Assembly: GCA_910585155.1 (NCBI GenBank)
Contig: CAJUEC010000005.1
Location: 9,059-73,058 of the forward strand
Length of the DNA stretch: 64,000 bases
Source of the DNA: an uncultured Oscillospiraceae bacterium
Lineage (GTDB): Bacteria > Bacillota > Clostridia > Oscillospirales > Oscillospiraceae
Direction of reading: 5' to 3'
Below, one piece after another: positions 1 through 10,036 of this stretch (within the stretch, counting starts at the first letter, position 1; every line of letters begins with the position of its first letter). Below the pieces are notes generated by a model that saw only the letters and a list, made by a program, of their open reading frames with translations, ran no database searches and had not been told where the DNA came from. A program made the translations under genes and the position numbers.

Positions 1-472
1 CCAGGTCGATCTCCATCCCCTCCGGCAGGGAGGCCCAGGTTCCATCCTGCCTGACCTGGGTATAGTCCACCCTGGAGAGCAGGGCGGTAAGCGTATCCTC
101 ATCCGGGACGGCGTACTCCCCCGTGGTGAAGCCCCAGGTCCGCAGGACGGGGTAGATGGATATGTCCAGCGCGCCGTTGGTGCGCTCACACATGCCCAGC
201 GCCGTGCGCAGCAGGTCCGCCGTCTCCGGGGCCAGCTCCGCCGCCCCGTCATGGTTCAGGGCGTAGATCTCGCTGTCTTCCTCCGTGACGGACCACAGGG
301 CCTCCAGCTCCCGCACCCGGGCCTCCGCCTGGTCCAGGGTACTCTCATCCCCGCCCTGGTACAGCCGCACGCTCATCACCGTGTCCATGGCAAAGAAGGC
401 GCGCTCCAGGGGCTGGGCGGGGGCGCAGCCCGCCAGCAGGAGCAGGGCAAGGGCCGCAAGCAGCCGCTTCAC
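1..472 (-). CDS. apbE: FAD:protein FMN transferase (ApbE-family lipoprotein), runs off the window's left edge
   Basis: Manual translation from GTG at 472: MKRLLAALALLLLAGC (lipobox) ...FAMDTVM... SEIYALN... ALDISIYPVLRTWGF...GMEIDL; the start overlaps the stop of the deaminase gene. Confidence 0.85.
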   Translation of the reverse strand, partial: MKRLLAALALLLLAGCAPAQPLERAFFAMDTVMSVRLYQGGDESTLDQAEARVRELEALWSVTEEDSEIYALNHDGAAELAPETADLLRTALGMCERTNGALDISIYPVLRTWGFTTGEYAVPDEDTLTALLSRVDYTQVRQDGTWASLPEGMEIDL

Positions 473-957
473 CGCAGGTGCTCCGGGACGGAGTCATCCT
501 CCTCAATCCACTCCCGCTCCACGTCCACCACCCGGTACTCCTCCGGGGTGTCCCGGATGATGACCCGGGTAATGCCCGCGTTGATGATGAGCCGGCGGCA
601 CATGGAGCAGGAGGTGGAGCCGGGGATCAGCGCCCCGGTGGCCGGGTCCCGGCACACCATATACAGCGTGGCCCCCAGCACCTCCCGCCGGGGGGCGGAG
701 ATGATGGCGTTGGCCTCGGCGTGGACGGAGCGGCACAGCTCGTACCGCTCCCCCGAGGGGATCTTCATGGCCTCCCGGGTGCAGTAGCCCAGATCGCCGC
801 AGTTCTTCCGCCCCCGGGGGGCGCCGTTGTAGCCGGATGAGACAATCTCGTCGTCCTGGACGATGATGGCCCCGTAGTGGCGGCGCATGCAGGTGGAGCG
901 CTCCAGCACGGTGCCGGCGATGTCCAGGTAGTAGTTGGTCTTGTCAATGCGGGCCAT
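469..957 (-). CDS. dCMP/cytidine deaminase family protein (ComEB-like)
   Basis: RSTC..R, GYNGAPRG, HAEANAI and CSMC Zn-binding motifs. Confidence 0.9.
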   Translation of the reverse strand: MARIDKTNYYLDIAGTVLERSTCMRRHYGAIIVQDDEIVSSGYNGAPRGRKNCGDLGYCTREAMKIPSGERYELCRSVHAEANAIISAPRREVLGATLYMVCRDPATGALIPGSTSCSMCRRLIINAGITRVIIRDTPEEYRVVDVEREWIEEDDSVPEHLR

Positions 958-1025
958 GGCGGTTCCTCCTCTTTATTTTCTGTGAGGAAGTATACCATTT
1001 TTCCGTCCCGCTGGCAACGAAAAGT

Positions 1026-2456
1026 TCACAGGCCGCCCAGCTTCTCCCCCACAACGGCCATCTGCGCGGGGGTGGGGGGCTGGTCCCACTGCATGGAGAT
1101 GTTCACGATGCGGTCCGGGTAGAACAGCAGGAACTGATTTTCCCGTTCGCCCCGCGCGTCGCTCCCATCCGTCCAGCGGTAGGCCTCCTCCGCCCCCCAG
1201 GGGGCGGGGTCCGCCGGCGCAAAGGCGTACCCGTACCACACGTCCTCCGGGTCCCCGGTGTCCCAATCGTCCCGCTCATGGAGCTTAGCCTCCCGGCACA
1301 AGTCATAGAGGAAGGGGACCTTCACCAGCACCACCTCGTAATTCAGATAGACCCTCTCCGGGAAGAGCTCCCAGGGACCGATGGGCCACTGGTGGACGGT
1401 ACACTGCCCCAGCAGGAGGGACTGCTCCTCCATCCGCCTGTGCTCGTAGCGGCTGAAATCCCCCTCCAGCAGGTCGTCCAGCGCCAGGGGGACGGGGTCC
1501 CGCCTGAGGGTGTAGGTGCGGCCCTGGTACTCGTAGGTGGTCTGCTCCCCGTCCAGCCAGCCCCGGTCGAGGGCAAATATCGTCCCGGCGGTGATGATCC
1601 CCAGGACGGCGCACAGCAGCACAAAGCTGCCGACCAGGGTGACCGCCCGGTTGACCCCGGCGGGGGCCTCCATGCCCTTCATAAACCGCTTGATGCCGTT
1701 GACGGCCAGAAACGCCCCCGGCACATACAGCAGGGGCAGGAGCAGCGTCAAGGTAATCATGAACCGGTTCCCGGAGAGGAGGGTGGATGCCAGGAAATAG
1801 AACAGGCACACAGCCAGAAAGATGAGCCCGGCAATCTGGAGCTTCCGGCGGCTGCGGGTCTCGCACCGCTCCCCCCGCTCCGCCGCCCGGACGGCTTTGG
1901 CGTGCCAGCGGAAGTAGCCCGCCAGCTCCACTGCAACCATGATAAAAACCAGTGCCCAGCACATGGAGGAGAACATGGAAGAGGACTGGGCCAGCACCAG
2001 GATCGGGTCGTCCATGAACCGCAAGACCAGCAGCGCGGCGTTCAGTACGCCCAACCCCAGCAGGACCAGCTGGGAGGGCAGGAAGCTGCGCTTCATGGTG
2101 CGGTGGATGGTGTCCACCTCCTCCACCGGGTCGGTCTCGATGGGCACGGGACGCTCCCGCTCGTTATAGAACACCTGGAGCTGGGCGTTGGACGCCGCCA
2201 GAATCCAGCCGGCGTGGGCGCAGAAGTCGTAGAAGGTCTGCTGCTCCTCGCTGGGCCCCGGGTCGAAGGCCGACGCCGCGGGGAAATAGCACACGGAGAA
2301 GGTCAGGTGCTTCGGCTCGATTCTGCGGTAGGTCCAGAAAAACTGGCCGATCTTCTCCAAAAGCCAGCCCTTTTCCGCCATCCGCTCCAGGTGGCGCTCC
2401 AGCCCGGTGCGGTCGTAGAAGGAATACAGCTCCAGCCTGCGCTTTGTCTCTCTCAT
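1026..2456 (-). CDS. DUF2812-like multi-pass membrane protein
   Basis: N-terminal LERMAEKGWLLEK...GW motifs followed by several TM helices; ATG at 2456 overlaps the padR stop; typical PadR partner. Confidence 0.75.
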   Translation of the reverse strand: MRETKRRLELYSFYDRTGLERHLERMAEKGWLLEKIGQFFWTYRRIEPKHLTFSVCYFPAASAFDPGPSEEQQTFYDFCAHAGWILAASNAQLQVFYNERERPVPIETDPVEEVDTIHRTMKRSFLPSQLVLLGLGVLNAALLVLRFMDDPILVLAQSSSMFSSMCWALVFIMVAVELAGYFRWHAKAVRAAERGERCETRSRRKLQIAGLIFLAVCLFYFLASTLLSGNRFMITLTLLLPLLYVPGAFLAVNGIKRFMKGMEAPAGVNRAVTLVGSFVLLCAVLGIITAGTIFALDRGWLDGEQTTYEYQGRTYTLRRDPVPLALDDLLEGDFSRYEHRRMEEQSLLLGQCTVHQWPIGPWELFPERVYLNYEVVLVKVPFLYDLCREAKLHERDDWDTGDPEDVWYGYAFAPADPAPWGAEEAYRWTDGSDARGERENQFLLFYPDRIVNISMQWDQPPTPAQMAVVGEKLGGL

Positions 2457-2776
2457 CGCTCTAACCCCTTTCCAAAGGCCAGTTGATAGTCCTCCGCCTG
2501 GGCGCGGATGCGCCGGTATTCCCGGTCCAGCGTCTCCCGCCCGTAGTCGGTGAGCACGTAGCTGCGCCGGCGGCCCTCCACCCGGGTCTCCCGGATCATC
2601 CCCGCCTGGCAGAACTGCTCCAGCAGGTTGTACAGCGTCCCCGAGCCCACGCTCACCCGGCCCAGGGTGACGGCGGGCACCCGGTCCAGGATGTCCATGC
2701 CGCAGCACTCCTCCCGCAGGCACAGCAGGACGTAGAACATCTGCTCCGTCAAGGTCTGAAATTTCGCTCTCGGCAT
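2453..2776 (-). CDS. PadR family transcriptional regulator
   Basis: LTEQMFYVLL, GSGTLY, RRRSYVLTDYG winged-helix motifs. Confidence 0.9.
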   Translation of the reverse strand: MPRAKFQTLTEQMFYVLLCLREECCGMDILDRVPAVTLGRVSVGSGTLYNLLEQFCQAGMIRETRVEGRRRSYVLTDYGRETLDREYRRIRAQAEDYQLAFGKGLER

Positions 2777-2791
2777 AGCCCCGCCCCCATT

Positions 2792-2845
2792 CTCGATATT
2801 CGAGTATCCTGGCTCTATTATATTCTCGAATATCGAGTTTGTCAA
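2792..2845 (-). promoter_or_regulatory. sigma-A promoter of the padR operon with two palindromic operators
   Basis: TTGACA (2845-2840), 17 bp, TATAAT (2822-2817); CTCGATATTCGAG (2792-2804) and its reverse complement CTCGAATATCGAG (2825-2837). Confidence 0.85.
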
Positions 2846-2914
2846 TAGGCACAAGGAAAACCCCCGAAGGGGGGCGGGGAGAGCACAATTCACATTTTGT
2901 TTACGGTTACCCCA

Positions 2915-2943
2915 TTGACGCGTTCATCTGGCCGCGCTATCAT
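2915..2943 (+). promoter_or_regulatory. sigma-A-like promoter
   Basis: TTGACG-17 bp-TATCAT upstream of the ORF at 3001. Confidence 0.6.
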
Positions 2944-3000
2944 TATGATTATTCTAGAAACCCTGCGGTCCCTTTCCCCGCAACAGGAGGTGAGCGTCCC

Positions 3001-3396
3001 ATGATCCGCCAGTATATGACCCGCTTTATGACGGGGCGCTATGGGGGAGACCAGCTGAACCTGCTCCTCACGGCGCTGTACGTAATCCTCTATGTGGCCT
3101 TTTTGTTCACCAGGCTGCTGGTGCTTGAGATTCTGGCCCTCTTCCTCATCGTGCTCAGCCTGTACCGCGCCCTATCCCGGAACCTGGAGCGCCGCCGGGG
3201 GGAGAACGCCCGCTTCCTCCAGGCCGTCCGGCCCGTCCTGCGGCGGTGGAACGCCTTCCGCGCCCGCACCCAGGACCGGGAGCACCGCTATTTCAAATGT
3301 CCCAACTGCGGCCAGCAGATGCGGGTGCCCCGGGGCAAGGGGCGCATCACCGTCCACTGCCGGTCCTGCGGCGCCGTGTTCGAGGAGAAGAGCTGA
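3001..3396 (+). CDS. Small membrane protein with C-terminal Zn-ribbon
   Basis: AGGAGG RBS; FMTGRYG motif, two TM helices, CPNC...CRSC. Confidence 0.8.
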   Translation: MIRQYMTRFMTGRYGGDQLNLLLTALYVILYVAFLFTRLLVLEILALFLIVLSLYRALSRNLERRRGENARFLQAVRPVLRRWNAFRARTQDREHRYFKCPNCGQQMRVPRGKGRITVHCRSCGAVFEEKS

Positions 3397-3575
3397 GGCG
3401 CCAAAACGTGAGCCTGATTTCCCGGCCCGCCTGTCTGCCACAGGCGGGCCCTTTCCATCTGTGAAATTTTCCCTGCCGCCCCCTTGTGCCGGGGGCGGCT
3501 TTTTGGTATAATAACGTGTCTTTTTATGACCCGGTGCAGGTGCGCCGGAGCAAATTGGTATCAGGAGCGGCCGGG

Positions 3576-4094
3576 ATGGACAACATGATTTTGATCGGGA
3601 TGCCGGGCTCGGGCAAGAGCACCGTGGGCGTGGTGCTGGCAAAGGCCCTGGGCATGGGCTTTTTGGACGTGGACCTGCTCATCCAGGAGCGGGAGGGCAC
3701 CCTGCTTCAGCAGCTCATCGACCGCCAGGGGGTGGAGCGGTTTCTGGACCTGGAGCGGGACGCCATCCTGTCCCTGAACTGCCGGGGGACGGTGGTGGCC
3801 CCGGGGGGCAGCTGCGTGTGCAGGGAGGAGGCCATCGCCCACATGCGGCGGCTGGGCACGGTGGTCTACCTGGAGCTGCCCCTGGCGGAGGTGGCCGGAC
3901 GCATCCGCAACCAGTCCTCCCGGGGGATCGCCCTCTCCCCCGGCCAGACCCTGGCCGACCTATACCAGTACCGGGTCCCGCTGTATCAGCGGTGCGCCCA
4001 CATCACCGTGCCCGCCGGGGGCCAGAGCCTGGCGGAAACGGTGGAGAACGTAAAACGAGCTCTGGCCGCCCATGAAAAGGCGAATCCAGAATAG
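3576..4094 (+). CDS. aroK: Shikimate kinase
   Basis: LIGMPGSGKSTVG P-loop, DVDLLI, GGS, R..LY. Confidence 0.9.
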   Translation: MDNMILIGMPGSGKSTVGVVLAKALGMGFLDVDLLIQEREGTLLQQLIDRQGVERFLDLERDAILSLNCRGTVVAPGGSCVCREEAIAHMRRLGTVVYLELPLAEVAGRIRNQSSRGIALSPGQTLADLYQYRVPLYQRCAHITVPAGGQSLAETVENVKRALAAHEKANPE

Positions 4095-4114
4095 AATAGG
4101 ACGAAGAAAGGTTT

Positions 4115-5995
4115 ATGAATTTTCGAGACCTGGGGCTCACCGCCCCCATTTTAAAGGCCCTCACCCAGGAGGGCTACACCGAACCCACCCCCATTCAGCG
4201 CAAGGCCATCCCCCCCGCCCTGGCGGGGCGGGACGTGCTGGGCTGCGCCCAGACAGGCACCGGCAAGACCTGCGCCTTTGCCTCCCCCATTCTCCAGCGG
4301 CTCAGCGCCCGTGTCCCCCAGCCCCGGGTGATCCGGGCCCTGATCCTCACCCCCACCCGGGAGCTGGCCATCCAGATTCAGGACAGCTTCCTCTCCTATG
4401 GCCGCAACCTGCCCCTGCGCTCCGCCGTCATCTTCGGCGGCGTGGGCCAGCAGCCCCAGGTGGACGCCATCCGAAGGGGCCTGGACATCCTGGTGGCCAC
4501 CCCGGGGCGGCTGCTGGACCTCCACGGTCAGGGGCTGCTGAACCTGTCCCGCATTGAGATCTTTGTGCTGGACGAGGCGGACCGTATGCTGGACATGGGC
4601 TTCATCCATGACGTGAAGCGGATTTTAAAGCTGCTGCCCCAGCAGAAGCAGACCCTGTTCTTCTCCGCCACCATGCCCCCGGAGGTGATGGGGCTGGTCA
4701 ACGGCCTGCTCCACGACTACGTGCGGGTGGCCGTGGACCCGGTCTCCTCCCCGGTGGAGGTCATCAAGCAGAGCCTGTACTATGTGGACAAGTCCAACAA
4801 GACCAAGCTGCTGGCCCACCTGATGGAAGAGCGGCGCATCTCCTCCGCCCTGGTGTTCTCCCGCACCAAGCACGGGGCCAACCGCATTGCCCAGGATTTG
4901 ATCAAGCGGGGCATCTCCGCCGCCGCCATCCACGGCAACAAGAGCCAGACCGCCCGGGTCCAGGCCCTGAGCGACTTCAAGGCGGGGCGGGTGCGGGTGC
5001 TGGCCGCCACCGACATCGCCGCCCGGGGCATCGACATCGACCAGCTGCCCTTTGTCTTCAACTACAACCTGCCCGACGTGCCCGAGACCTATGTCCATCG
5101 CATCGGCCGCACCGGCCGGGCCGGACACGAGGGGGAGGCCATCTCCTTCTGCCAGTTCGACGAGAAGGACGAGCTGCGCGCCATTGAAAAGCTGCTGGGC
5201 CGGCCCATCCCTGTGGTGGAAAACCACCCCTTCCCCATGGAGAATTTCGACCCGCCCCAGCGGGACAAGCACGGCCGGCCCGTCAACGCCGAGGACGCGG
5301 AGGCCCGGGCCGCCGCCAAGGAGAAGCGCCGTTTAAAGGATGCAGCAAACAAGGCCAAGGCCGCAGGGGAGGGGCTTGCTCCTCTCGTGGAACGTTTGCC
5401 GCAGCCGGGGGCGGGAGGGGCAAGCCCCTCCCCTGCGGATGCGGATGGGACGGACACCCCCAAAAAGAAAAAACGCCGCCGCAGGAAGTCCGGCGGGGCC
5501 GCTTTGGAGACGCCTGTTGTCCCCGCCCCCGCCCGGGAGGAGCCGCTGATTCTGCGGGACAAGCCGGTGGGCCGGGGGGTGCGCCAGGGGCGCATTCAGG
5601 ACACCCTGCCCGACGACCCCGCCATGCCCGTCACCGAGTTCTACAAGCCCAATCCCCTGGACTCCGACGTCATCATGGACGCCACCGCCCGGCTGCTGGC
5701 CCCCCGCCGCCCCGCCGCCGCTCCCCAGGCCCAGCGGGGGCAGGAGGCCGCCCAGCAGCGGGACAAGGCCCCCAAGCCCGCCAAGCAGCGGCCCCGCCGC
5801 CAGGGCAAGCGGCAGGGGGCCCCCGCCCAGCCCGCCAAGGAGCCCGTTCTGCCCCCCTCCCTGGCGGGGAAGAAGCGCCGCCGCCGGGATGACCGGCCCC
5901 GCCCCGTGGAGCTGGCCCCCCGGTCGGACCGGCAGAAGGACTCCACCCAGCACAAGAGCCTGATGCGGCCCTATTACCTCCATGACGGCGACTGA
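4115..5995 (+). CDS. DEAD-box RNA helicase (RhlE-like) with long basic, low-complexity C-terminal tail
   Basis: Q motif, [31 protein letters not shown]. Confidence 0.95.
   Translation: MNFRDLGLTAPILKALTQEGYTEPTPIQRKAIPPALAGRDVLGCAQTGTGKTCAFASPILQRLSARVPQPRVIRALILTPTRELAIQIQDSFLSYGRNLPLRSAVIFGGVGQQPQVDAIRRGLDILVATPGRLLDLHGQGLLNLSRIEIFVLDEADRMLDMGFIHDVKRILKLLPQQKQTLFFSATMPPEVMGLVNGLLHDYVRVAVDPVSSPVEVIKQSLYYVDKSNKTKLLAHLMEERRISSALVFSRTKHGANRIAQDLIKRGISAAAIHGNKSQTARVQALSDFKAGRVRVLAATDIAARGIDIDQLPFVFNYNLPDVPETYVHRIGRTGRAGHEGEAISFCQFDEKDELRAIEKLLGRPIPVVENHPFPMENFDPPQRDKHGRPVNAEDAEARAAAKEKRRLKDAANKAKAAGEGLAPLVERLPQPGAGGASPSPADADGTDTPKKKKRRRRKSGGAALETPVVPAPAREEPLILRDKPVGRGVRQGRIQDTLPDDPAMPVTEFYKPNPLDSDVIMDATARLLAPRRPAAAPQAQRGQEAAQQRDKAPKPAKQRPRRQGKRQGAPAQPAKEPVLPPSLAGKKRRRRDDRPRPVELAPRSDRQKDSTQHKSLMRPYYLHDGD
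5361..5438. repeat. REP-like inverted doublet inside the helicase CDS
   Basis: CCGCAGGGGAGGGGCTTGCTCCTCTCG (5361-5387) and CGGGAGGGGCAAGCCCCTCCCCTGCGG (5412-5438) are inverted repeats with 2 mismatches; each arm is itself partly palindromic. Confidence 0.75.
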
Positions 5996-6872
5996 ACGGG
6001 AGGGCGCCAGCCGCCGCCAGCCCCGAAAAAAGCGCCGGCCCCTGCTGTGGCTGGCCGTCCTGCTGGCGCTGGCCGTGGGCGGGGTGTTCTGGTTCCGGTG
6101 GCAGTGCTGGGGGCTCCAGGCCACCCACACAGACGTGGCGCTGGCCGGCCTGCCCCAGGGCTTTGACGGATACCGGATCGTCCACCTGTCCGACCTCCAC
6201 GGCCACGAGTACGGGGAGGGGAGCCGGGACCTGCTCCAGCAGGTCCGGGAGCAGGCGCCCGACCTGATCGTGATCACCGGCGACCTCATCGACCAGGAGG
6301 AGCAGCTCCAGATGATCCCCGCTCTGGCCCGTGGGCTGGCCGCCATCGCCCCCGCGTACTATGTTACCGGGAACCACGAGTGGGCCCTGGGCTCGGGCGC
6401 GGTGAAGGAGCTGAAGGCCCTGCTGGGCCAGTGTGGGGTAACGGTGCTGTCCAATCAATACGAAATTCTGGAGCGGGACGGCGGGGCCATCGTGCTGGCC
6501 GGGGTGGACGACCCCAACGGCTACGCCGACCAGACCACCCCGGAGGAGCTGCACGCCTGGATCCAGGAGGAGGCCCCCGGCCTGACCACCGTCCTGCTGG
6601 CCCACCGCAACGACCATTTCGGCCAGTACGCCAACGCCGGGTATGACTTCGTCATGTCCGGCCACGGACACGGGGGCATCGTCCGCCTGCCCTTCATAGG
6701 GGGGCTCATCGGCACCGACCGGCGGTTTTTCCCGCCCTGGACCTCGGGGGCGTATACCCTGGGGGACAGCACCCTGTTCATCTCCCGGGGGCTGGGGAAC
6801 AACACCGTGCCCTTCCGGGGGTTCCGGATATTCAACCGCCCGGAGCTGGCGGTGGTGACACTGAAAAGCTGA
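5982..6872 (+). CDS. Metallophosphoesterase (YkuE-like), membrane-anchored
   Basis: DLH, GD, GNHE, H, GHGHGG calcineurin-like motifs. Confidence 0.9.
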   Translation: MTATEREGASRRQPRKKRRPLLWLAVLLALAVGGVFWFRWQCWGLQATHTDVALAGLPQGFDGYRIVHLSDLHGHEYGEGSRDLLQQVREQAPDLIVITGDLIDQEEQLQMIPALARGLAAIAPAYYVTGNHEWALGSGAVKELKALLGQCGVTVLSNQYEILERDGGAIVLAGVDDPNGYADQTTPEELHAWIQEEAPGLTTVLLAHRNDHFGQYANAGYDFVMSGHGHGGIVRLPFIGGLIGTDRRFFPPWTSGAYTLGDSTLFISRGLGNNTVPFRGFRIFNRPELAVVTLKS

Positions 6873-7028
6873 GCACCCCGCTTTTGGCCCGCCGGTACGC
6901 AAGTGCCCCTCAGGTGCCCCAAAGAGAACCCTGGCTTATCAATGTCTGAGAAAGTCAGGCCCGGTGTGGGCCGGAAATAGAAGGGGAACTAATTCGTAAC
7001 CCGCAGTAGCCGTCCCACTTCCTCCCCC

Positions 7029-7188
7029 TGAAAGCGGCGGCCCTTGACCTTAAAATGGGGTTCTTAGGGGGATGGCCGACTATGGAGCTGGCCTGCCCTT
7101 TTGGCCCGCTCCATCCGGAGGCCATCCCCCTAAGCGTCCTTTTGGTTACTTTTCCCACGTGGGAAAAGTAACGCCCCCGGCAGGGGCG
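7029..7188. repeat. Dispersed structured repeat family A, copy 1
   Basis: CTTAGGGGG...CCCCCTAAG stem, then CTTTTGG and hairpin GTTACTTTTCCCACGTGGGAAAAGTAAC (7145-7172). Confidence 0.85.
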
Positions 7189-7239
7189 TCCCTGCCAAGG
7201 GAACCCCGCCCCGGCAGGGGCAAGCAAGGAGGTCGCGCG

Positions 7240-9108
7240 ATGTACTACAGCGCGGGACAATACGACGTAGCCGTCATCGGTGCGGGCCACGCCGGGATAG
7301 AAGCCGCCCTGGCCGCCGCCCGGATGGGGCTGAGCACGGTCTGCTTCACCATCAACCTGGACGCGGTGGGCAATATGCCCTGCAATCCCGCCGTGGGCGG
7401 CACCGGCAAAGGCCATCTGGTCCGGGAGATCGACGCCCTGGGGGGCGAGATGGCCCGGGCCGCCGACCAGGCCTGCATCCAGTACCGAATGCTCAACCGG
7501 GGCAAGGGCCCCGCCGTCTGGTCCCTTCGGGCCCAGGCCGACCGCCGCCGCTACCAGGAGGTGATGAAGCACACCCTGGAGCTCCAGGAGAACCTGTGGG
7601 TGCGTCAGGCGGAGGTCACCGAGATCCTCACCGAAAACGGGGCTGTATCCGGGGTGGTCACCGCCACGGGGGCTGTCTGCGCCGTCAAGGCCGCCGTCAT
7701 CGCCACCGGCACCTACCTGGGGGGGCGCACCATCGTGGGGGAGGTCACCCGGGACTCGGGCCCCGACGGCATGGCCGCCGCCCTGCCCCTGACGGAGTGC
7801 CTGGTCGGGCTGGGCCTGGACCTCCGCCGGTTCAAGACGGGCACGCCCCCCCGGATCAACCGCCGCAGCGTGGACTTTTCCAAGCTGGAGGTCCAGCCGG
7901 GGGACGAGGCCGCCGTGCCCTTCTCCTTCACCACCCGGATCCCCCCGGACAACCGGGCGGTATGCTACCTCACCTACACCAACGAGAAAACCCATCAGGT
8001 CATCCGGGACAACCTCCACCGCTCCCCTCTGTTCTCCGGGGTGATCGAGGGGGTGGGTCCCCGGTACTGTCCCTCCATCGAGGACAAGGTGGTGCGGTTC
8101 GCCGACAAGCCCCGGCACCAGCTGTTCATTGAGCCCATGGGCCTGAACACCGAGGAGCTGTACCTACAGGGCTTCTCCTCCTCTCTCCCCGAGGAGGTGC
8201 AGGTGGAGATGCTCCGCACCATCCCCGGCCTGGAGCGGGCGGAGATGACCCGGTGCGCCTACGCCATCGAATACGACTGCGTGGACCCCACCCAGCTGCT
8301 GCCCACCCTGGAGTGCAAAAAAATCCCCGGCCTGTACGGCGCGGGGCAGTTCAACGGCTCCTCCGGGTATGAGGAGGCCGCCGCCCAGGGCCTGGTGGCG
8401 GGGGTCAACGCGGCGCTGAAGGTCAAGGGGGAACCCCCCCTGATTTTGAGCCGGGGGGACGGCTACATTGGGGTGCTCATCGACGACCTGGTAACCAAAG
8501 GTACGCCGGAGCCCTACCGCATGATGACCTCCCGGACGGAGTACCGGCTGATCCACCGGCAGGACAACGCCGACCGCCGCCTGGCCGCCTATGGCCGCCG
8601 GGTGGGGCTGGTAAGCGGGGAACGCATGGCCGAAATTGACGCGAAATACGCCGCCGTGGACCGGGAGATCAAGCGGCTGGAGCACACCGGGGCCCCGCCG
8701 TCCCAGCCGCTGGACCGGCTGCTGGAGGAGAGGGGCGAGCCCCCCTGCCCCCACGGGGCCCGGCTCATCGACCTGCTCCGCCGCCCCCGGCTGAGCTATG
8801 AGGATCTGGCCCCCTTTGACCCGGACCGGCCCGCCCTCCCCCGGGAGGTGGCGGAGCAGGTGGAGATCTCGGTGAAGTACCAGGGCTACATCGACCGCCA
8901 GAACCGGCAGGTGGAGGAGCTGCGCCGCCTGGAGGACCGGCCCCTCCCCCCGGATATGGACTACCTGGGCATACAGGGCCTGCGGCTGGAGGCCCGGCAG
9001 AAGCTGGACAAGATCCGTCCGCTGAATTTGGGGCAGGCGTCCCGGGTGTCCGGGGTGTCCCCGGCGGATGTCACCGCATTGATGATCTATTTGGAGAGGA
9101 CAACATGA
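7240..9108 (+). CDS. mnmG: tRNA uridine-5-carboxymethylaminomethyl(34) synthesis enzyme
   Basis: [59 protein letters not shown] before ATG 7240. Confidence 0.97.
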   Translation: MYYSAGQYDVAVIGAGHAGIEAALAAARMGLSTVCFTINLDAVGNMPCNPAVGGTGKGHLVREIDALGGEMARAADQACIQYRMLNRGKGPAVWSLRAQADRRRYQEVMKHTLELQENLWVRQAEVTEILTENGAVSGVVTATGAVCAVKAAVIATGTYLGGRTIVGEVTRDSGPDGMAAALPLTECLVGLGLDLRRFKTGTPPRINRRSVDFSKLEVQPGDEAAVPFSFTTRIPPDNRAVCYLTYTNEKTHQVIRDNLHRSPLFSGVIEGVGPRYCPSIEDKVVRFADKPRHQLFIEPMGLNTEELYLQGFSSSLPEEVQVEMLRTIPGLERAEMTRCAYAIEYDCVDPTQLLPTLECKKIPGLYGAGQFNGSSGYEEAAAQGLVAGVNAALKVKGEPPLILSRGDGYIGVLIDDLVTKGTPEPYRMMTSRTEYRLIHRQDNADRRLAAYGRRVGLVSGERMAEIDAKYAAVDREIKRLEHTGAPPSQPLDRLLEERGEPPCPHGARLIDLLRRPRLSYEDLAPFDPDRPALPREVAEQVEISVKYQGYIDRQNRQVEELRRLEDRPLPPDMDYLGIQGLRLEARQKLDKIRPLNLGQASRVSGVSPADVTALMIYLERTT

Positions 9109-9536
9109 TTCTGAAAGCAGAGCGGGAATATTTGTCCCAGGCCGCCGTGCTGGCGGACGAGCTGTTTCCGGGGCACGCTCCGGGGGAGCTGCTGGCGGAG
9201 TGGGCGGCACTGCCCCCCGGGGAGCTGGCGGTGTTCCTCGCCCTGGAGGACGGCGCCCCGGCGGGCTTCGCCCAGTGCCAGCTCCGCCGCGACTACGTGG
9301 AGGGGACACAAACCAGCCCGGTGGGCTACCTGGAGGGCATCTACGTCCGGGAGCAGTACCGGGGCCGGGGGCTGGCCCGCGCCCTGCTGCGGGCCTGTGA
9401 GGATTGGGCGGCGGAGCGGGGCTGCGCGGAGTTCGCCAGCGACTGCCAGCTGGAAAATACGGACAGCATCGCCTTCCACCTGGGGGCGGGCTTTGCCGAG
9501 GCCAATCGGATTGTCTGCTTTGTAAAACCTTTGTGA
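9105..9536 (+). CDS. Aminoglycoside 6'-N-acetyltransferase-like GNAT (AAC(6')-I family)
   Basis: [37 protein letters not shown]...GF.E. Confidence 0.8.
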   Translation: MILKAEREYLSQAAVLADELFPGHAPGELLAEWAALPPGELAVFLALEDGAPAGFAQCQLRRDYVEGTQTSPVGYLEGIYVREQYRGRGLARALLRACEDWAAERGCAEFASDCQLENTDSIAFHLGAGFAEANRIVCFVKPL

Positions 9537-9548
9537 GGGGGCGGCGTG

Positions 9549-10022
9549 ATGGAGCTTGTGACTTGTGAGCTGCCTGCTTTTTCTGTCATTGGGCTGGAGG
9601 GGAAGGCGGAGCCGGGAGATAACCTTGCCCCCGCCCTGTGGGCGGCGGCCAATGCCCGGTTCGGCGAGGTGGAGGCGCTGGCCCTGCGGGATGAAAACGG
9701 CGTTCCTGTGGGGTTCTGGGGCGCGATGAGCGACCTGTCCCGTCAATTTCTGCCCTGGACGGACGGCTTTTGCCGGGGGCTCTATCTGGCAGGCGTCCAA
9801 ACGCCCCCGGACGCGCTTGCGCCGGAGGGCTGGACAAAATGGACGCTGCCCGCCTTCGCCTGCCTGCGGGTCAGGGTGGAGGGGGACTGCGCCGCCGCTT
9901 TTCAGGCGGGACTGGACGGGCTGGCGCGGCGGGGCCTGTCCCTGGCCGGGGCGGTGCAGGAGTGCCAGCGCCCTGCGGAGGGCGGACAGCTGTATTTGTT
10001 CTTCCCGTTTAAACGACTGTGA
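9549..10022 (+). CDS. GyrI-like small-molecule-binding domain protein
   Basis: LPAFSVIGLEG...YLAGV...PEGWTKWTLP pattern. Confidence 0.7.
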   Translation: MELVTCELPAFSVIGLEGKAEPGDNLAPALWAAANARFGEVEALALRDENGVPVGFWGAMSDLSRQFLPWTDGFCRGLYLAGVQTPPDALAPEGWTKWTLPAFACLRVRVEGDCAAAFQAGLDGLARRGLSLAGAVQECQRPAEGGQLYLFFPFKRL

Positions 10023-10036
10023 GAGGAAGCAAAAGC

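Noticed and set aside
7072..7239. N-terminal extension of mnmG in the ORF track
   Set aside because: It derives from repeat A copy 1; the AGGAGG RBS and homology start at ATG 7240
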